The position numbers and the translations under genes are program-made. From an uncultured delta proteobacterium (lineage in GTDB: Bacteria > Desulfobacterota > Binatia > Bin18), in NCBI GenBank assembly GCA_963733195.1, contig CAVTCR010000044.1:1-34868 (forward strand): a stretch of DNA of 34,868 nucleotides, given 5' to 3'. Positions within the stretch are counted from its first letter, which is position 1. Each line of letters opens with the position of its first letter. A model generated the notes under the pieces. That model was not told where the DNA came from and did not search any database. It saw only the letters and a program-made list of their open reading frames with translations. Shown in pieces: positions 29,502-34,868 of the stretch.

Positions 29502-32500
29502 TTACGATAACGTATCAAGCAGTGCCTTGGCCTCTTGCAAATCTTTCGTGTCAAATCCTTCGGTAAACCAGTTGTAAATCTCAGATAACAGATTGTGAGC
29601 TTCGGTTTGCTTGCCTTGCTGCTGCCAGAGGCGAGCCAAACTCGTCACTGCTCGTAGCCCTAACGATTTCGCCTGCTGCCTGCGGGCAATTTCAATCGCC
29701 TTGAGAAAACACGCTTCGGCTTCGCCTTGGGTATCGGGCACCGGGGCTCGGGGTTCAGTAACTGTTTCCCGTTGCCCATTGCCTGTGACCTGTTGCTTTT
29801 CCCGTTGCAGCAGCAGTTCGCCGGTGAGACGGTGGAGTTCGGCTTCGTAGAAATGTCCTCCGGTTCTCTCCACAGCCGTCCGCGCCTCAACCAATACCGT
29901 AAACCCTTCCTCGACCTGTCCGGTTTTTCCATACGCCTCGGCCAGCAGTGCGAGACTAAGGGCCGTCGCGACTCCGCCCCGGTGGCCCGAACTGCAGCCA
30001 GGCCCTGGTGGATCTGCTGATGCCTTCCTCTTCTTGCCCCTGCATGGCCAGTGCCCAGCCATGCGCGAGGATGGCCACTCCAAACCCAGTCGAAAATCCC
30101 TGCTCGTGACAGAGTACGTGCAGGGCTTCGGCCCACTGCTTGGACGGCCTGCTATATCGTGCAGGTACTCATGGACCTCAATAGTAAAGGCCCAGACCAT
30201 AGCCGTGCTAAGAGGATGAGTCATTCCTGAGCTCGGGTCAGCGCTTCGCGACTGCTTTCCCTAGCCTGATCCGGATAGCCCAGCATCCACAAGACCTGAG
30301 CCAGAGAGGCGAAGGCAATGACACCCATATCCGGCCCATAGCGATGCCTTACAGCGCGCTGCTGCCGAAGATCGTAGAGGGCAATCGCCTGTTCGAAGTG
30401 TTCCCGGGCAGAGCCAAGCTCACCGAGCAAGAACAAGGGTAGCCCCAGCGCCACATGGGCTTCCACGAGGAGAGCCGGGTCTTGTACGCTCTGGGCCAGC
30501 CGCAGCAGTTGTTCCCCTAGCTCACGGCCTGTCTGTAACTCTCCCCGCCCCGTATAGAAAGTGCGCAGCCCCGCGAGCACTGGGAAGAGCTGCGGCGTTT
30601 CCCCCACCTGCTGACACAACGCTAATGCGCGGGCATAGACCGTGCCCACTTCCGGGGCCGCAAAACCTTTGGTCGCCATCAGCGAAGTGCCCAGGGCAAG
30701 TTGCAAGGTAAGTTCTTGCTGGGCACGCTCGGGGGTGTCAGGAAGCGTGTTCGAGCAACTCCAGGCCTGTGGTGAGGTGATTGATCGCTTCCGCATTGGC
30801 CGACCGCTGCATCGCCTGTTGTCCCGCCTAGCTGCAGATACTCTGGCTTTCCCCGTGTTGCCACTGCGGCTGTAGTGATGCGCTAACTCGCTGTAGTGCT
30901 CCTCCAAGCGAGGCGAGTACAGCGCTTCGATCGCCTGGCGCGGTGCGCTCATGCAAGGCTTTGCGCTGTTCGTGGAGCACCGTGCCGTAGGCCACTTCCT
31001 GTGTCAGAGCGTGCTTAAAGAGATATTCGGCTTCTGGAAACGCCGGCTGTTCGTAGAGAAATTCTTTGTGCTGCAGCGAGGAGAGCAGGCGATAGAATTC
31101 GTCTTCAGGTTGGGGGAGGACGTGGCGCACGAGGCTCAGCGGGAACTGGCGCCCAATGACGGCGAGTTGCTGCAGCAGAGCTTTTTCGTCAGGAGTAAGT
31201 CGGTCAATACGGGCCGCGAGGACGCCTTGGACGGTCGTCGGGATATGCAGGTCCGTTGGTAGGGCTGCATCGGCGCGCCGTGCCCCTACAGCTCGCGGAT
31301 GAGAATCCCCTGTTCCACTAACGTCCTGCACCACTTCTTCCATGAAAAACGGCGTGCCTTCGGTCTTCTCCAGGATGAGTTGTTTCGAGGGTCTGTAGGG
31401 GCGCACCGTGCGTGCGCCCGCTGTGGGCCGACACGTCGGTCGTCCACCTACGGAAGCCGAGCAGCGCATCAAGAAATTCTTCCGCCTCGGCTTTGCCAAA
31501 CGGCGCTAACCGTAGTTGGGTGTAGTACGTCTTCTGCCCCCACTCGTGCCGATACTCCGGGCGGTAGTTCACGAGTAGCAGGATCTTCGCTGAAGCCACA
31601 CCCTCACTCAATATGTCCAGGAAACCCTGCGTCTCATTGTCAATCCAATGCAGGTCTTCAAAGATCAGGATCAGCGGTTGGTTGAGACTCTCGCTGAGAA
31701 ATAGCTTCTTGAGCGCCTCAAACGTCCGTCGCCGGCGAATCTGCGGGTCCATCTGCTGCAACGGCGAGGGCTGTTCTTCAATGCCCAGCAGGGCAAACAG
31801 ATACGGCAGCGTGTCTTCCAAGCTGCGGTCAAGCATCAAGACTTTCCCACCGACTTTCTCTCGGCGTTTGCGTTCATCGTCTTGAGGCTGGATGTCGAAG
31901 TAGCTCTTGAGCAACTCAATCACCGGCAGATACGGCGAGGCTTTGCCATGCGAGACGGAGTAGGCTTCCAGCACCAGACAGCCACTCTGGGAGAGCAGCT
32001 TGAATTCGTAGAACAGGCGCGACTTCCCTAACCCCGGCTCGCCCATCACCCCCACGATCTGCCCATGCCCGGCTTTGGCTTGCTCCAACGCTCGCTGCAT
32101 TTGCTCCATTTCGCTCTGCCGTCCGACAAAGCGCGTCAGCCCCCGCCGGGCCGCCACTTGTAACCGTGTGCGTAACGGCCCTGCCCCCAGCACTTCATAG
32201 ACGTTGAGCGGCTCTTCGACTCCTTTGATCTGCGTCTGCGCCCAAGGCTTTGAACTCAAAGTATCCTTCGATCAGTTTCTGCGTGTAGCTCGGTAATCAG
32301 AATCGAGCCTGGTGTGGCCATCTGTTCCATCCGCGCCGCTAAGTTGGTCGAATGCCCCACCGGCACATAGTCCGTATGCAAGTCATCTTTACGAATCGAG
32401 CGGACCACCACTTCGCCGGTATTGATCCCGACCCGCATCGCCAGCGGCAAGCCTGTTTGAGCCGCACGTGATCGCCATAGCGGCGCATCTCCTCTTGCAT

Positions 32501-33089
32501 GCGCAGCGCGGCATAGAGGGCCCGTTGGGGATGATCCTCATGAGCAAGGGGTGCCCCGAACAAGGCAAAGATGCCATCGCCCAGGGCCTGGGCCACATAG
32601 CCCTCGTAGCGATGCACCGCGTCCATCATCAGCTGCAAGGCCGGATCAATAATCGCCCGCGCCTCTTCGGGGTCTAGCCCTTCGATCAGCGCCGTCGAGC
32701 CTTTGAGATCAGCAAACAGCGCGGTGATCGTCTTGCGCTCACCGTCCTCGCCCCGTGCTTCCAGCGCCGCTTGTTCGGCCCGAATGCGCTCGGCCAGGTG
32801 TTGCGGGGTGTAAGTGACTGGTTTTGACTCCGGCCTCCGGACTCTGAACTCCGAACTGTCTTTTTCGCCGTTTCCCCGTTTCGCCTTTCGACCTCTGCAT
32901 TGGGCCGACCCACACCAACACCTTGCCGTCTTCATCAACGGCGACTCGCTCCCCTTCAATTAGCTCTTCTCTCAAAGCGTCTATTGCTTCATTATCCAGC
33001 TGGAACTGTGCCTTTAGCATCCGGTAGGTGATGCGCCCCTTCTTTTGTAACAATTCCCGGGCTTGGTCTAAAACGTCCATCAGGTCCAT
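29502..33089 (-). CDS. Class III cyclase-STAND ATPase-TPR protein, copy 4 (multiple frameshifts)
   Basis: GRITYRMLK N-domain, LFADLKGST/LGDG/TNLAARME, GEPGLGKS, FEDLHWID, FKHALTQEVAY and [18 protein letters not shown]. Confidence 0.88.
31259..31289. repeat. Imperfect GTAG-type REP inside coding sequence
   Basis: GTAGGGCTGCATCGGCGCGCCGTGCCCCTAC, bounded by GTAG...CTAC. Confidence 0.7.
31395..31451. repeat. Inverted doublet of GTAG-type REPs inside coding sequence
   Basis: GTAGGGGCGCACCGTGCGTGCGCCC-GCTGT-GGGCCGACACGTCGGTCGTCCACCTAC. Confidence 0.8.
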
Positions 33090-33305
33090 GTTATTCCCCT
33101 TGCCTGAGCGGATTATAGGCGAGACGAACCGAGACGACTATAGGAATTCTTCGTGCAACCTTTGACCGAGATACCACTGCGCGTTATGATTTCGCGTAAG
33201 AAGACATAAAAGGAGAGATACCTCGCTCCGCGATCACATATACGTAGCGCCGACCACAGCGCCTGCCTTCAACAGTGAGGTCAGTGATTGCGCAGAGGTC
33301 ACATT

Positions 33306-33731
33306 ATGAGTGAGTCAACCGTAGCGATTCATATGCCCGACCTGTTATATCAGCGCCTGCAACGGTTAGCAGAGCTCACCCAACGTCCGCTCGAAAGTCT
33401 GGTGTTGCAAGCGCTGGATGCCAATATCCCACCGCTGTTGGAGGATATGCCCGAACACATACGGGCGGATTTAGCTGCGCTGGAAAAGCTTGATGATACA
33501 GCACTGCGACACGTTGCCCAAGGAAGCTGGAGTGCAGAACAGAGTGCCCGGTACACCGCGCTGTTAGAAAAAGAGAGAGTGAGCACGCTTACGCCGGTAG
33601 AGCGCGGAACGCTGGAAGGACTGTATCAAGAGGCCAACTCTCATATGCTCCGGAAAGCGTATGCCAATGCGCTGCTCAAATGGCGCGGCCACCAACTGCC
33701 GACCTTGGCGCAACTTGAAGCCGCTCAATAA
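33306..33731 (+). CDS. Ribbon-helix-helix-like protein coupled to HNH (antitoxin-like)
   Basis: N-terminal VAIHMPDLLYQRLQRLAELTQRPLESLVLQAL (RHH pattern); LLEKERVSTLTPVER; TAATG overlap with the HNH gene. Confidence 0.78.
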   Translation: MSESTVAIHMPDLLYQRLQRLAELTQRPLESLVLQALDANIPPLLEDMPEHIRADLAALEKLDDTALRHVAQGSWSAEQSARYTALLEKERVSTLTPVERGTLEGLYQEANSHMLRKAYANALLKWRGHQLPTLAQLEAAQ

Positions 33732-34156
33732 TGACATCCTACATCCCGGCGACACTCCAGCAGCAGGTCCGCGAAGATGCGGGTCGGCGCTGCGGGTATT
33801 GTCTCAGCTCGGAAATGGTCACCGGCATTCCGCTCGAAATCGAGCACCTGATTCCCGAATCGGCAGGAGGACCGACAGCGCGAGAGAATTTGTGGCTCGC
33901 GTGCCATCGCTGCAACAAGTTCAAGGGCAATCGAACTGACGTGAGGGACTCGGTCACACAAGAGATGGTGCCATTGTTCAATCCTCGTGTACAAACCTGG
34001 CGTGAGCATTTTCAGTGGAGTATAGATGGAACGCGGGTGACCGGTGTGACTCCTTGTGGTCGTGCAACAGTGGATACACTACAAATGAATAACGATTACG
34101 TTGTTGAAGCCCGACGTTTCTGGGTCTTTGCTGGTTGGCATCCTCCGCTGGAATAG
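33731..34156 (+). CDS. HNH endonuclease
   Basis: CGYC...EIEHLIPESAGG...NLWLACHRCNKFKG, LFNPR..W..HF and TPCGRATV..L.MN. Confidence 0.92.
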   Translation: MTSYIPATLQQQVREDAGRRCGYCLSSEMVTGIPLEIEHLIPESAGGPTARENLWLACHRCNKFKGNRTDVRDSVTQEMVPLFNPRVQTWREHFQWSIDGTRVTGVTPCGRATVDTLQMNNDYVVEARRFWVFAGWHPPLE

Positions 34157-34234
34157 CAGCCTTTATAGGATGATCTTACTCTTCAATCCTTACAATGCTG
34201 CACTGTTCTGCTGACTCCATAGACCCAAGAGGCT

Positions 34235-34868
34235 CTATCGACTCAACGACTCTAAAAGCGCCTTCGCCTCTTGCAAGTCTTTCGTATCAAACCCTTCGGT
34301 GAACCAGTTGTAGATCTCGGATAACATGTGGTGAGCTTCGGTCTCTTGCCTTGCTGCTGCCACAGGCGCGCGAGGCTGGTGGCGGTGCGCAATTCCCAGG
34401 ACTTCACTTGTTGTTGGCGGGCCCAGTCAAGTGAAGCGAGATAGTTTTCTCCGCACCCTCCAAGTCGCCTTGGAGCACCAGCATCCAGCCCTTGAGCCGC
34501 AAGACCTCGGCGAGGTGCGATGCGCTCTTCCCAGCCTGGCCGCGCAATCTGGCCGAGACTCTCTTCGATCAACCGCAATCCGCCCTCGCTATCACCGCTC
34601 AACGCCAAGCCTTCGGCCAGGACCGCTCGAAAGTACGGCATCCCAAGCTCCCCGCCATGCGCCTTCAACGTTTCCAGTGCACCCCGCAGCTGTGGAATAC
34701 CCTCGGCGAGGCGCGCGGTTCGCAGCCAGGCAACTCCTTTCCCAGACCTGTGCCAGTACTTCCGAGATATAGGGCAGACTTGTGCGCAGCACCAGCCGTT
34801 CGGCCTCCTCGACCCACACCAGCATCGCCGCGGGTTCACAGCGGTAATCCCACACCTGGCTACCCGTA
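34235..34868 (-). CDS. C-terminal TPR part of a fifth cyclase-STAND-TPR-like paralog (partial, frameshifted)
   Basis: [32 protein letters not shown] and, in a shifted frame, [23 protein letters not shown]. The cyclase and ATPase parts would lie outside the window. Confidence 0.8.

Noticed and set aside
14420-31451. CRISPR array or integron attC sites suggested by the 28-bp palindromes
   Set aside because: The palindromes are dispersed, non-identical and intragenic, with no regular spacers, cas genes or integrase.
12614-34868. Diversity-generating retroelement acting on the TPR ends
   Set aside because: No reverse transcriptase in the window, and no template/variable repeat pair differing mainly at adenines; the variation is insertional.

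Overview
Bacterial window, plausibly from a Binatia/Deltaproteobacteria-like genome (inference from gene content only). 1-3.7 kb is housekeeping: partial moeA, a Nit1-like amidase, an EVE protein and a CocE/NonD hydrolase. 3.8-12.5 kb is a signalling block: a frameshifted REC-PAS-histidine kinase; a coiled-coil gene, a membrane-anchored longin/roadblock-like OmpA gene and a decayed Rab-like GTPase; HD-GYP; a hybrid kinase; a stand-alone receiver; and a ProQ/FinO protein. 12.6-34.9 kb is an array of five minus-strand class III cyclase-STAND ATPase-TPR (NLR-like) paralogs, the fifth seen only as its TPR end. All five are heavily frameshifted. They alternate with intact genes: O-methyltransferase, Tat-exported PvdN-like PLP enzyme, GH13 glucosidase, NHL/PAL-like protein and two translationally coupled partner+HNH pairs. 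The most striking signal is that, at the same few positions, the paralogs carry different GTAG-type REP palindromes and 7/8-mer tandem repeats inside the coding sequence, producing copy-specific loops. The frameshifts may largely be sequencing or polishing artefacts. No rRNA, tRNA, CRISPR array, transposase or reverse transcriptase was recognised.
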